DNA of 64,000 nt from Candidatus Bathyarchaeia archaeon (GTDB lineage: Archaea; Thermoproteota; Bathyarchaeia; Bathyarchaeales; Bathycorpusculaceae). The translations under genes were made by a program, and so were the position numbers. Below the pieces are notes generated by a model. It ran no database searches. It was not told the DNA's origin and saw only the letters and a program-made list of their open reading frames with translations. Where the stretch lies: NCBI GenBank assembly GCA_038883775.1, contig JAVZLM010000005.1, positions 109,634 to 173,633 on the forward strand. Reading direction: 5' to 3'. This document shows, in pieces, positions 37,904 to 48,282 of this stretch. Position 1 is the stretch's first letter, and every line of letters starts with the position of its first letter.

Positions 37904-38962
37904 TTACTTTTTCATGAGGAAGTCTTCGAACATTTTCTCGGCAGTTTCCAAGGAAACCATTTGCGGTGGGTGTTTGAAGGCATAAGCGCAGATTGGCATT
38001 ATTGCACCCTTCATTTTATTGTTTAAGGCTATTTTTACAGCTCTTATAACGTCGAGGAGAACAGAACCAGCGTTTGGCGCATCCACTGTTGAGAGTTTTA
38101 GGTCTATTTGCATGGGTGTTTTGCAGAAGTATAAGCCCCTAATCCAGAAGTAGCTGTCTCGCCTATTTTGGAGGAAATCAACATAATCCATTGAGCCCGC
38201 CACAACCTCAGCCTTATAGGGCAATGCGCCCTCAACAGACCGCGTCTTGACGGTTCTCTTCAAATCCCTTGTTCTCTCCAAAGTGTCTAAGGATTCGGTG
38301 CCTCCGCCCACATCCAACTGATAAGTTTCCGTTATGCGAACACCATGCATAGAAAGCAACTTAAGCAAGGCTTTGTGCAATGTGGTTGCGCCTACCTGAT
38401 CCATTAAGTCATCACCCACAAGCGGCAGTCCAGCCTCTTCAAAACGCTTACGCCACTCGCTATCGCTGGCGATAAAGGTTGGAGTGGCGTTCACAAAGGC
38501 GCATTTCGCCTTTAGGGCTTGCTCTGCATACCATTGTGAAGCTTTTGCGGCTCCGCTTGGAAGCAAGTTTAGGAGCATTTCAGCGCCCGTCTCTTTCAAT
38601 GTTGCAGAAACATCAACTTCTTGTTCGTCGTTGATTTGGACAACGTTTTTTGTGTATTCGCCAACGCCGTCTAAAACTGGTCCTTTTTGCACGATAACGT
38701 TGGATGGTGGAACATCGACTATTTTTGGGGCGTTGTTTGGCTGTGCGAAAATGGCTTCGGAAAGGTCTTTTCCAACTTTTCGACTGTCGATGTCGAAGGC
38801 TGTAACTATTTGGATATCCCTGGGATGGAAGCCTCCCAAAAATAAATGCCGAAGCCCAATGCTTTCTTCGGCGTTTTCGCATTGACTATAATATTTTAAG
38901 CCTTGGATTAGGGCGGAGGCGCAGTTTCCAACTCCTGTTAAGGCAACTTTTATTTTCGGCAT
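37904..38962 (-). CDS. ino1: Myo-inositol-1-phosphate synthase
   Basis: GVGNCAS, AFDID.RKVGKDL, GDDLMDQVGAT and DAPNAG; some active-site residues look divergent. Confidence 0.85.
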   Translation of the reverse strand: MPKIKVALTGVGNCASALIQGLKYYSQCENAEESIGLRHLFLGGFHPRDIQIVTAFDIDSRKVGKDLSEAIFAQPNNAPKIVDVPPSNVIVQKGPVLDGVGEYTKNVVQINDEQEVDVSATLKETGAEMLLNLLPSGAAKASQWYAEQALKAKCAFVNATPTFIASDSEWRKRFEEAGLPLVGDDLMDQVGATTLHKALLKLLSMHGVRITETYQLDVGGGTESLDTLERTRDLKRTVKTRSVEGALPYKAEVVAGSMDYVDFLQNRRDSYFWIRGLYFCKTPMQIDLKLSTVDAPNAGSVLLDVIRAVKIALNNKMKGAIMPICAYAFKHPPQMVSLETAEKMFEDFLMKK

Positions 38963-39048
38963 TTTTGGACACCTTAATTGGCAGTTTCATATTTTGCGAC
39001 TGGTTTATAAAGTGCTATGGTGTTTATGCCTGAAATGGAGACTATAAA

Positions 39049-39279
39049 ATGAAAACTTGGTTAGATGTGGCTGTTTTACGCTGTCCAAATTGTGGACGCT
39101 ATTATGTTGATGCTTCATGGTATGTCATGGAAATAGAATCTGACATTCAATGTGGAAATTGCGGAAAAGAGTTTAACAGCAAGAAAAACGCAAAAGACCG
39201 TATAATGCTCGAATTCCAAATAGATGAAAATGGGAAAATACAAGAAACCAAAATCCTCGAACACTTGAAGCTAGAATAA
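39049..39279 (+). CDS. Small zinc-ribbon protein
   Basis: CPNCG...CGNCG. Confidence 0.75.
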   Translation: MKTWLDVAVLRCPNCGRYYVDASWYVMEIESDIQCGNCGKEFNSKKNAKDRIMLEFQIDENGKIQETKILEHLKLE

Positions 39280-39291
39280 ACAAGCACTTAC

Positions 39292-40389
39292 CTACTGCCG
39301 TTGCAATTTTTCAATGGGCACATATTCTTCCATTATGCCCGACCTTTGAAGAGCATCCTTCCATAAGTCTAAGCCTTTTTTAGTTCGCCATTTCTCTGGT
39401 GATGGCAAACCCAAAACGACAATTTTGTCGCCTTTCTCTATTTTTTCTGCTGTTATGCACTTGCCAGTTTCCGGATGCACAGGGGTTATGATGTCTGGAG
39501 CTATTGCTGCTAGTTTTCCGTTTTTATAGGCTATTAGCACTTCGTTTTTAGCTTTAAATTCAAATGTGCTGCCAGCATACCCGTGATTTCCCTTAAGTTT
39601 TATGTTAACAAATGTGAAGCCAGCTTCAGTTTTTTGTTCAGTGTTTTCCACCACACCTTCGAAGAGTTTAAACCCACTGGTTTCCTTCAAAACCGCCTTT
39701 ATGGGCTCAATTGCTGTCCTTAACAATTTTCCAATTTTTATGCATTTTGAAAGGCTAAGCTGTATTGGTGAAGTTTTTACCTGAGAGCCCGTTAAGATTC
39801 TTCTGGCAGTGTAAGCACTTTGGCCCCACTCCGCCGCCAACACCCGTGCGATTCTTTCAGCAGCCTTTGCATCCATTGTTTCTTTAATGATAACCACGTT
39901 TTTTGCATGGATATCTGCAACAACCATTGGAGTTAAGGGGATATTGTCAATTGTGTAAACTTTCAACTGGACTTCTGGAACAGCCCTTCCAGCTCCATCG
40001 GCATCTACAACGGAAATACCCCTCCTAGCAGCCACATCTACGGCGGCTAATGTGTTAAAACCGCCAAGTTCCACGGGAATTGTGGCGAAAGCAGAAAAGC
40101 CAGCATATTCTTCTAAAACTTTTAGAGTTTTTACAGCTGCATCAGAATCGTATCCGATGGCAGTGGTAGCCCCCACACATGAAAAATTTACAACTCTTGC
40201 TTCATTTGAAACCTCTGAAGGAGCAACAAGCTTAACCGTGTAACCTTGACTAGCCAAGTTATCTGCTATTTTATAACCAGTTTCAGGGTCACCTCCGCCT
40301 CCAGCGGAAAAAATTGCGGCACCATCAACTAAGTCAAGCAAATCTTGATGGTTAAGGGTTCTCAAATCTTGAAGCCTCCATTGTTGCAT
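39292..40389 (-). CDS. DUF917 family protein
   Basis: GAAIFSAGGGGDP, ELGGFN, DADGAGRAVPE and PDII. Confidence 0.9.
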   Translation of the reverse strand: MQQWRLQDLRTLNHQDLLDLVDGAAIFSAGGGGDPETGYKIADNLASQGYTVKLVAPSEVSNEARVVNFSCVGATTAIGYDSDAAVKTLKVLEEYAGFSAFATIPVELGGFNTLAAVDVAARRGISVVDADGAGRAVPEVQLKVYTIDNIPLTPMVVADIHAKNVVIIKETMDAKAAERIARVLAAEWGQSAYTARRILTGSQVKTSPIQLSLSKCIKIGKLLRTAIEPIKAVLKETSGFKLFEGVVENTEQKTEAGFTFVNIKLKGNHGYAGSTFEFKAKNEVLIAYKNGKLAAIAPDIITPVHPETGKCITAEKIEKGDKIVVLGLPSPEKWRTKKGLDLWKDALQRSGIMEEYVPIEKLQRQ

Positions 40390-40444
40390 GAAAGTTTATT
40401 ATTAGTAAGCCTTAAAGTCTTTTAAACGTTTATCCATAAATAGG

Positions 40445-42217
40445 TTGGCAGAATTGACGAATGAAATTAAAACCACAGATAAATTTACAGCAATTAACGA
40501 ATTGGCACGCCGAAGAGGTTTTTTTTGGCCATCCTACGAGATATATGGCGGCGTAAGCGGTTTCATCACCTACGGACATTTGGGCGCAAGACTTAAACAA
40601 AACATTGAGAAAAAAATAAGGGAATTTTATGTTTACAAGCTTGGCATTATGGAAATTGAGTCACCAATAATTGCGCCTGAAAAAGTTTTCGAAGCTTCTG
40701 GGCATGTGGAACATTTTAAAGAACCCATGGTTGAATGTCAAAAATGTAAGAAAAAGTTTAGGGCTGACCACCTGATCGCAGAAACTACAAAAGTTCCCCA
40801 AACAGAAGTTGAAAAACTGAGCCTAATAGAAATAAAAAACATAGTTGAAAGGGAGAAAATTCTCTGTCCAGAATGTGGCGGACCTTTAAGCGAACCAAGG
40901 CAGTTTCTAACGATGTTTAAAACAACTATAGGGCCATATTCAGATGCTGTGGGTTATGCAAGACCAGAAGCCGCCCAAGGCATATTTGTGGAGTTTAAAC
41001 GCCTTTATGAAATGGCACGAGAGAAACTTCCCTTCGGCGTAATACAGATCGGACGTGCCTTAAGGAACGAGATTTCGCCGAGGCAAGGTCTCTTGAGGCT
41101 TCGGGAATTCACTATCGGAGATTTGGAATTTTTCTTCGACCCAGAAGAACCAAACTGTTACTTGCTTAAGGAAGTGGAAAATGAGACATTGCAATTGGTT
41201 TTGGCTGAGAACAGACTAAAAGGCTCAGAAGAACTCACAAAGGTTACTGTGAAAGAGGCTTTGGAGAAAGGTTACATTAAGGCTGAGTGGCAGGCGGTTT
41301 TTATGACAATTTCAAAAAAGCTACTAATAGCCTTAGGGGTGCCTGCCGAAAAGCAACGCTTCATAGAAAAACTTCCATGGGAAAGAGCGCATTATTCCGC
41401 TCAAACCTTTGACCATGAGGTTCTGGTTGAAAGGTGGGGTTGGATTGAAGTTACAGCCACAGCCCACAGAACAGATTATGACTTAAAGAGGCATACGGAA
41501 TTCAGCAATCAAGACATGTACGTCTTCAAAGAATATGAAAGGCCTTTGGAAAAGGAACAAGTCACCGTAAAGCCAGTTATGGAAAAATTGGGACCAGCCT
41601 TTAAGAAGGAAGCCGCAAAAGTTGCTAAAATGCTTTCTAAGGCTGATCTGAAAGAAGTGGAGGCTTCCCTTAAAAGAAATGGATATTTTATACTTGGGAA
41701 ATACAAAATCTTGCCAGAACATTTAGAAATTAAACATGAAAAAGTTGTTGAACGAGGAAGACGCTTCATACCCCACGTTATAGAACCAACCTTCGGCACA
41801 GACCGCCTCCTATACGTAACTTTTGAATACGCCTATCGAGTGAAGGATGATAGAACTGTCATGAGTTTTCCAAGGGACATCGCCCCCATTCAAGTCGGCG
41901 TCTATCCCCTTGTAAGCAAGGATGGATTGCCAGAAAAAGCCATGGAATTACATAAAAATTTAGTTAATGAAGGCTTCGTTGTGGAGTATGACGAGGCTGG
42001 TTCCATTGGTAGACGTTACGCCAGGGCAGATGAGATTGGCATACCATTGGGCATAACAGTTGACTATCAAACGCTTAAGGATAACACGGTTACCATCCGA
42101 GACAGAGATTCTTGGAAACAAGTTAGAAGTAAAATTGAAGATATGCCGGAGCTTTTGCATAAATATTTTAGATGGAAAATCAACTTTGAGGATTTAGGCA
42201 TGTCATTTAAAGGTTAA
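40445..42217 (+). CDS. glyS: Glycine--tRNA ligase (alpha2 type)
   Basis: RRGFF..SYEIYGG, RPEAAQG, RNEISPRQGLLRLREF and PHVIEPTFG. Confidence 0.97.
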   Translation: MAELTNEIKTTDKFTAINELARRRGFFWPSYEIYGGVSGFITYGHLGARLKQNIEKKIREFYVYKLGIMEIESPIIAPEKVFEASGHVEHFKEPMVECQKCKKKFRADHLIAETTKVPQTEVEKLSLIEIKNIVEREKILCPECGGPLSEPRQFLTMFKTTIGPYSDAVGYARPEAAQGIFVEFKRLYEMAREKLPFGVIQIGRALRNEISPRQGLLRLREFTIGDLEFFFDPEEPNCYLLKEVENETLQLVLAENRLKGSEELTKVTVKEALEKGYIKAEWQAVFMTISKKLLIALGVPAEKQRFIEKLPWERAHYSAQTFDHEVLVERWGWIEVTATAHRTDYDLKRHTEFSNQDMYVFKEYERPLEKEQVTVKPVMEKLGPAFKKEAAKVAKMLSKADLKEVEASLKRNGYFILGKYKILPEHLEIKHEKVVERGRRFIPHVIEPTFGTDRLLYVTFEYAYRVKDDRTVMSFPRDIAPIQVGVYPLVSKDGLPEKAMELHKNLVNEGFVVEYDEAGSIGRRYARADEIGIPLGITVDYQTLKDNTVTIRDRDSWKQVRSKIEDMPELLHKYFRWKINFEDLGMSFKG

Positions 42218-42294
42218 GGTTTCGTTACCTTTTTTAACACTTCACTCTATTTAATTGTAGAAAGAAATAACCTTACTTTGCGGGCGGGAAAAAT

Positions 42295-42954
42295 TTGGTG
42301 CTTCCAGCAGAAACCGAAGAACGAGTAAAACGGAGAGCCTTAAGCGTATGCCAAGACCACCTAAGAAAGGTTCTGGACTTGACAAGGAAGGTTCCCCAGA
42401 TGGTGGACTGCTTCGTGAAAAATGACAAGGAAAGAGCAAAACAGCTTTTCAACGAAATTAGAAGCGGCGAAGACGAAGTTGACAACGCAAGAAGACTTGT
42501 CTCGCAAGAGCTTGCCGAAATAGGAGCTATCCTCCTCAGCAGAGAAGATTTCTTAAGGTTTACAAACCTCACAAGCGAGATTGCAGATTTCTCAGAGGGC
42601 ATCGCCTTCCGTTTGGTGGAAATTATGGAGCACAACTGGAACGTTCCCATGGACATAAAGAAGGACTTGCTTAAGCTTTCAGAAACCGTCTTGGAGGCTG
42701 TGCTTAAACTTAGAGAAACCACTATGGTTCTCACTTATGGCTCTTCTAAAGCTATGGAAAAAGCCAAAGAGGTTGAAATCGCAGAGAGGGCGGTGGACGA
42801 GTTATACCGCGAACTAGAAATAAAACTGTTAAATAGCAAACTAGAGTTCCCAGCCCTAATCCTTCTAAGAGACGTTCTACAACTATTGGAGGATTCAGCA
42901 GACAAGGCTGAAGATGCAGCTGATGCCGCCAGAATACTCTCTTTCATCATGTAA
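42295..42954 (+). CDS. DUF47/PhoU-like phosphate transport regulator
   Basis: EDEVD..RR, REDF, ERAVD and EDSADKAEDAAD repeats. Confidence 0.88.
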   Translation: MVLPAETEERVKRRALSVCQDHLRKVLDLTRKVPQMVDCFVKNDKERAKQLFNEIRSGEDEVDNARRLVSQELAEIGAILLSREDFLRFTNLTSEIADFSEGIAFRLVEIMEHNWNVPMDIKKDLLKLSETVLEAVLKLRETTMVLTYGSSKAMEKAKEVEIAERAVDELYRELEIKLLNSKLEFPALILLRDVLQLLEDSADKAEDAADAARILSFIM

Positions 42955-42970
42955 AAAGGCGAAAACCCAA

Positions 42971-43528
42971 ATGCCTAAAAAAATTAGCGTCGAATTAATT
43001 GAAAACTTCTTAATCGTTTGGAACCCAAAGGAAGGGTCGGAACTTTATAAAAGAGGCTTTTACGGAAAACCCTTAGGGATTCCAAAACCAAAAATTCCAG
43101 AATTTGAAGTCCCACTAATTTTAGATTTGATGGAAGGATTATATCTAGCTGAAAAGGGAATCATAAACATTTACGAAGGCTCGGAAAAGAAAAAGGTTGG
43201 TCTTAAAAAGTTGCGTCAAAAGGCTAGACAATTATATGAGGAGTTTGATGAGAAATATGCTGTTTACCGCGACCTGCGCGATAACGGCTTGATTGTGACA
43301 CCTGGAATAAAGTTTGGATGCGACTTCGCCGTTTACAAGCATGGACCCGGCATTGAGCATGCGCCTTACATGGTTTCTGTTAAAAGTGCTTCTTCAGAAA
43401 TAACAGCGACTGAAATTGTGAAGGCTGGAAGGCTTGCCACAACCGTTAGGAAAAGGTTCATAATAGCAGTGCCAGACATGGAAAAAGGGAAAATAAGATA
43501 CTTAATATTTAAATGGTTTAAAGCCTAA
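42971..43528 (+). CDS. endA: tRNA-splicing endonuclease
   Basis: VYRDLRD.G, GIKFGCDFAVY..GPGIEHAPY and GRLATTVRK (Y/H/K triad). Confidence 0.95.
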   Translation: MPKKISVELIENFLIVWNPKEGSELYKRGFYGKPLGIPKPKIPEFEVPLILDLMEGLYLAEKGIINIYEGSEKKKVGLKKLRQKARQLYEEFDEKYAVYRDLRDNGLIVTPGIKFGCDFAVYKHGPGIEHAPYMVSVKSASSEITATEIVKAGRLATTVRKRFIIAVPDMEKGKIRYLIFKWFKA

Positions 43529-43533
43529 TTCTT

Positions 43534-44022
43534 TTAGCTCATCCGCTCATGCTTTTTTAAAATAATTTTCAGCAAATCTTCTTCCAAAGTGGGCTCACGC
43601 GGGTTCTCAACTATTCTTCCGATCTCTTTGCCTTCTTTGTCAAATACGATTATCAATGGAATCTTATCAACATTAAACGTTTCCACTTCAGGGGGCGAAG
43701 GCGGAATCCTCCACTTTCTTTCATAACTTAACGGATCCTTCATTAAACCTCCAAACACCCTAACTTCTAAACCAGTTTTTTCAGATATTAGAGCTAGGAC
43801 TGGAATGTTTGCTGCGCAGTCTTTGCACCATTCCGCAGAAAAAACAACTAACAAATGATCACGTGCAAATTTCTTGAGTTCATCTATAACTTCACGTTTA
43901 AGCGTGTATGATTTTTTCCTTTCCTTGAATTTCTCCGCAAACGGCTCCCTTATATTTTTAAGATATTCACTAACTGAAACTGTTTTATTTACAATTTCTG
44001 AAAGGTTAGTGGACATTTCCAT
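43534..44022 (-). CDS. Thioredoxin-family protein
   Basis: WCKDC active site; cis-Pro motif KIP; EIGRIVENP. Confidence 0.88.
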   Translation of the reverse strand: MEMSTNLSEIVNKTVSVSEYLKNIREPFAEKFKERKKSYTLKREVIDELKKFARDHLLVVFSAEWCKDCAANIPVLALISEKTGLEVRVFGGLMKDPLSYERKWRIPPSPPEVETFNVDKIPLIIVFDKEGKEIGRIVENPREPTLEEDLLKIILKKHERMS

Positions 44023-44077
44023 CAGAAATTGCTTTAATTAATATAAGCACTTAAAAGTTTCAGCGACAAAACGTAAA

Positions 44078-45961
44078 CTATGGTATCTTCATCTCAAGCA
44101 CATTATAGACAAAGGCCATCACGTCAGAATATTCTGATATTTTGGTTTTCGGTGTTGCACCTGAATGCCCACTTTTTGTTTCAACCCTTAACAGGCAAGG
44201 GCTTCCCACTTCTTCGATTTTTGCTGCAAACTTGAACGCATGGGCTGGATGAACCCTATCATCATGTAGACCTGTATAAAGCAGTATTGGCGGATAATTT
44301 TTCTTAGTCACGTTATGGTAAGGCGAATATTTGACTAGAAATTCAGCGTCTTTTGGATTGTCTGGATTGCCATATTCAGGGACCCAAGCTTCACCTATGT
44401 AAAGTTTATGAAATCTAAGCATGTCAAGCACGGGATAACCCATTACAGCGCCGTCAAGTAATTCTGGGCGTTGCGTCAAAATCGCCCCTACCAATAAACC
44501 ACCGTTGCTAACGCCCATGGCAACAATTTTAGCATTTTTACGTTTAAAAAATTCTAAAACCGCCATGAAATCGTCGAAAACATTCTGTTTCTTTTCCCTC
44601 ATACCATTTCTATGCCATTCCTCGCCAAATTCCTTCCCACCTCTTAAGTTGGCTACAACAAAAGTTCCACCATCCTCAAGGAACGGGATTATATGTGGAT
44701 AATATCTTGGAGTAAGAGGTACAGCAAATCCGCCATAACCATAAGCCAAAACTTTCCTGCTTCCTTTCTTAGCCTTCTCAACTTTAAAGCCATGAATAGA
44801 CGTCGAATCCTTCGATCTAACCCAGAACTCTTCCAAAGCAAAGTCTCCGTCAATTTCTTTATAATCCAAAATTTCTAGTCCGTCACTTGCTAGCGCATAA
44901 ATGCGATATGGAACAAAAAAGGATTCATACTTAAAGACGCATTTGGCACCGTTAGAGTCTAGAGACTCTATGGTCCCTGAAGGTTTTACTCTGATTTCAT
45001 TGTTTGCTTTACCATTTAAATAGAACATTTTCAGAACAGATGAGGCGTTCTCAAGATAGTTAGCAACCAATTTTTCTTTGTAAATGACAGCTTCCTGCAA
45101 TGGATATTCCAGCTCACCAACAACTTCGTCTATTTTGCCACTATCAGAAGTTGCAAGTATTCTCCCTTTTCCGTTCCCATCAAAAGAGGCGATGTAATAT
45201 TTCCCGCGGATGTAATCTATGGGGTAAGCCATAAAATTGCCTTTTCCGTAAATTAAGTTCCAGCTTTCAGGGTTTTCAAGCATTCCAGCGTAGACGTCGC
45301 TCCTTGTCCATCCATAACTCACAGTTAAAAGCGCTTTAGCTCCTTCGTTGCTCCTTTTTAATGTGATGAAATATGATTTAGGTATTCCTTTTCCAAAAAC
45401 CATCACGTCCTTGCCATTTTCTCTTAAGAAAACTCTTTCAGCTGGAGGTTCAACGCCGTCTGGAGTTTTCTCAGTGGCATAAAATTTAACATAGAAGTAT
45501 TCTTCCTCACTCAACCAAGCTATGTCACCAATTCGTCCTTTCAGTTCATCAATAACATCGCCAGAACATGTCTCTACAATTCGTAAAAATCCCTCATCAG
45601 AACCACCAACGGAATATGAGAAAACGAAAATTTCTCCATTTTTTGTGGTGTAAAGACGCTGTAAGACTACATCTTTACCAATTTTTTTGGAATTCACTAA
45701 CTCTTTAGAGGATTTTTCATCTGTTATTATTTTAATTTTGAAGGCTTCGGCATCGCGCAAGAGGACGAAATATCCATTTTCGCTTGCCCTAACTTGAAAG
45801 ACATATGGAGCAGCATAATAGTATGCAATTCTTGGCCTAAGTGTTATGGAAAGATTTTCGAGCGTTTTTCTGGCAATTTTATCTTTTTGCCGTGCCCACT
45901 TTATCACTTGTGGGTTTTCTAAATTTTCTAACCATTGGTAATTATCTGGATTTTGGGTCAT
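44078..45961 (-). CDS. Prolyl oligopeptidase (S9A)
   Basis: YQWLE, GYGGF, GVSNGG, DDRV and KSGH. Confidence 0.96.
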   Translation of the reverse strand: MTQNPDNYQWLENLENPQVIKWARQKDKIARKTLENLSITLRPRIAYYYAAPYVFQVRASENGYFVLLRDAEAFKIKIITDEKSSKELVNSKKIGKDVVLQRLYTTKNGEIFVFSYSVGGSDEGFLRIVETCSGDVIDELKGRIGDIAWLSEEEYFYVKFYATEKTPDGVEPPAERVFLRENGKDVMVFGKGIPKSYFITLKRSNEGAKALLTVSYGWTRSDVYAGMLENPESWNLIYGKGNFMAYPIDYIRGKYYIASFDGNGKGRILATSDSGKIDEVVGELEYPLQEAVIYKEKLVANYLENASSVLKMFYLNGKANNEIRVKPSGTIESLDSNGAKCVFKYESFFVPYRIYALASDGLEILDYKEIDGDFALEEFWVRSKDSTSIHGFKVEKAKKGSRKVLAYGYGGFAVPLTPRYYPHIIPFLEDGGTFVVANLRGGKEFGEEWHRNGMREKKQNVFDDFMAVLEFFKRKNAKIVAMGVSNGGLLVGAILTQRPELLDGAVMGYPVLDMLRFHKLYIGEAWVPEYGNPDNPKDAEFLVKYSPYHNVTKKNYPPILLYTGLHDDRVHPAHAFKFAAKIEEVGSPCLLRVETKSGHSGATPKTKISEYSDVMAFVYNVLEMKIP

Positions 45962-46034
45962 GGAGGTCTTTCTCCATATACTTTGAAAGTTTCCAAATTG
46001 ATGATTATTGAGATATTTAATCAGTCTTTAAAGT

Positions 46035-47306
46035 TTATGCCGGCATTAGTGTTTGGTTTTCAAATTCGCCTCTAACGTATTGGTGAGGGTATATTTTTGT
46101 CGCCTTTAATTTACATCCTTCTGCGATTACGACATCGTCAGCTATGACTGAAACTGCGCTTATTTTTGTTGGTTTCTTCGAGTTTGAGAGGATGGTTACA
46201 TGCCGTCCTATAATGCTTTCTTTTATCTCCGCCTTTTCCTCGATTATAACTCTGTCCATGATGGCGGAATTTTCTATTACAACGCCTTTGCCAATTTTAG
46301 TGTAATTGTCGATGCATGAATTCACTATTCTTGCGCCTTCTTCTATTTGACAGTGCCTTCCAATGAGAACGGCGCCTTCAACCTCTATTTTCCTTTCCTT
46401 AATTTTCTTTATAATTTCCTTTCTCCTCTTCATTGATTCTATGCTTTCGCCTTGAACCCAAATTCTTTTTTCTTCGCTTATTCTTCCGCCAAAGTCTGTT
46501 AATGAAGAAAAACGCCCCTGAAGCATGTCCTGCATTGTTTGTAAGTAACGTTTCGGGTTGCCAACATCATACCAACTTCCTTTTAGGGTATAGCCATAAA
46601 CTGGTCTTCTACTCTTTATTATGTAAGGAATAAAGTCATAGCCGAAATCTAGGCGCTGCTTCTCTTTAATTATTTTTTTAACGCCTTCTTCTTTGAATAT
46701 TTTCCTTATTTCTGGCGAAACCATGTACAGGCCCGTGTTTGCAAGGTTGGATGGCGCATCTTTCGGCGCTGGTTTTTCCACAAACCTTGAGATTCGCATA
46801 TCTTTGTCTATATCGGCTATTCCATAACCTTCAACATCTTCAACTTCCCTTAGGGCTATGGTCATGATGGCGCCCTTTTTCTGGTGAAACTCCATAAGCT
46901 CTTTTAGGTTCACGTCAAAAATGTTGTCGCCTTGCACAGCGAAAATTGGATCCCTAACGTTGTAGTATTCCATGTTTATTCTGGCTGAGTCTGCGCTTCC
47001 CAAATCTTCTATGTTTGGTTGATATTTTATGTGCACGCGGGGTTTTATGCCGTATCTAGCGGAAAACCCATAACCCGACTCAAAATAGTCATGTAAATCC
47101 CTATAGTTTGTGTAGCCCTTCACTCCGAAAATGAAGTTTCTAATTCCTTGATTGGCGAGGGATAGTAGGGAAAATTCAATTAGTGGTCTATTCAGTATGC
47201 GCAGACAAGCCTTGCTTGTTTCTGCGGTAAGTGGAAGAAGCCTTGTGGCTTTTCCTCCAACGGGAATTATCACTCTTAACCTTTCTGGCGCATAGTTAGG
47301 GTTCAA
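46035..47306 (-). CDS. NDP-sugar pyrophosphorylase with left-handed beta-helix
   Basis: GGKATRLLPLT, GDNI, FVEKP, NTGLY, WYDVG and hexapeptide repeats. Confidence 0.9.
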   Translation of the reverse strand: MNPNYAPERLRVIIPVGGKATRLLPLTAETSKACLRILNRPLIEFSLLSLANQGIRNFIFGVKGYTNYRDLHDYFESGYGFSARYGIKPRVHIKYQPNIEDLGSADSARINMEYYNVRDPIFAVQGDNIFDVNLKELMEFHQKKGAIMTIALREVEDVEGYGIADIDKDMRISRFVEKPAPKDAPSNLANTGLYMVSPEIRKIFKEEGVKKIIKEKQRLDFGYDFIPYIIKSRRPVYGYTLKGSWYDVGNPKRYLQTMQDMLQGRFSSLTDFGGRISEEKRIWVQGESIESMKRRKEIIKKIKERKIEVEGAVLIGRHCQIEEGARIVNSCIDNYTKIGKGVVIENSAIMDRVIIEEKAEIKESIIGRHVTILSNSKKPTKISAVSVIADDVVIAEGCKLKATKIYPHQYVRGEFENQTLMPA

Positions 47307-47403
47307 AAGCCTACCACCAACAGATTTAGAAATGGTTTACTTATGCCAAACGTATTAAACTTTCGAATTTAATCGTGAATTTTATAACTTTGAAGGAAAG
47401 CTA

Positions 47404-48273
47404 ATGTTATGGCAGGATTTAAACATGAGAAAAGTCAGCGGGTATCTGCGTTTAATGCGTCCAATAAACTGTTCAATGATGGGCTTTGCTGTCATAGTGG
47501 GCGCAGCCCTAGCAAACCCAAAATTTTTAGGCGTCGGTTGGCAAAACCTCACATACGGTTTTATCACCGGTTTCGCTTTAACAGCCGCTTCCATGGCTAT
47601 AAATGACTATTATGATAGAGAAATTGACGCAGTAAACGAGCCAAAGCGTCCAATCCCAAGCGGCTTAATCCAGCCTAAAAACGCCCTAATCTTTGCATCA
47701 ACGCTAACGGCGATAGGTTTCATAAGCGCCTTTCTAACAAACATTCTTTGTTTCTTAATAGCCATAATTGCATGGATAATCTTTGTAGCCTACACCACTG
47801 TTGGAAAGCGTAGCGGTTTGCCCGGCAACTTTCTCGTCAGCACATGTGTATCCATGCCATTTATTTATGGAAGCGTAACCGCAGTTAACACTGTTATGCC
47901 GAATGTTTTGATTTTCGTTTTAATGGTTTTTCTTTCAAACACTGGTAGAGAGATAACGAAGGGTATAGTTGATGTTCAAGGGGATAAACTGCAGAATGTG
48001 AGAACTTTGGCTGTTCTTTATGGAGAGAAGAAAGCCGCCATAACTGCAGCATCATTTTATTTTTCTGCGGTTCTTTTAAGCCCAGTCCCATGGCTTTTGG
48101 AAAATGTTTCTTTTTGGTTCCTTCCCTTTGTGGCTATAACTGATTTTGGACTTTTGGCTTCCGCATTCATGCTTCTTAAAGATTTTTCGAGGAAAAACGC
48201 CAGAAAAATCAAAAACACGGTCCTTTTATGGTTTCTCATTGGTTTGTTAGCCTTTATTGCTGGAGCCTTTTAG
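47404..48273 (+). CDS. Digeranylgeranylglyceryl phosphate synthase (UbiA family)
   Basis: NDYYDREIDAVNEPKRPIPSG and REITKGIVDVQGD. Confidence 0.9.
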   Translation: MLWQDLNMRKVSGYLRLMRPINCSMMGFAVIVGAALANPKFLGVGWQNLTYGFITGFALTAASMAINDYYDREIDAVNEPKRPIPSGLIQPKNALIFASTLTAIGFISAFLTNILCFLIAIIAWIIFVAYTTVGKRSGLPGNFLVSTCVSMPFIYGSVTAVNTVMPNVLIFVLMVFLSNTGREITKGIVDVQGDKLQNVRTLAVLYGEKKAAITAASFYFSAVLLSPVPWLLENVSFWFLPFVAITDFGLLASAFMLLKDFSRKNARKIKNTVLLWFLIGLLAFIAGAF

Positions 48274-48282
48274 GGTGAAAAC

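Noticed and set aside
39292-40389. DUF917 as part of a hydantoin-utilisation cluster
   Set aside because: No hydantoinase or permease genes are adjacent in this window.
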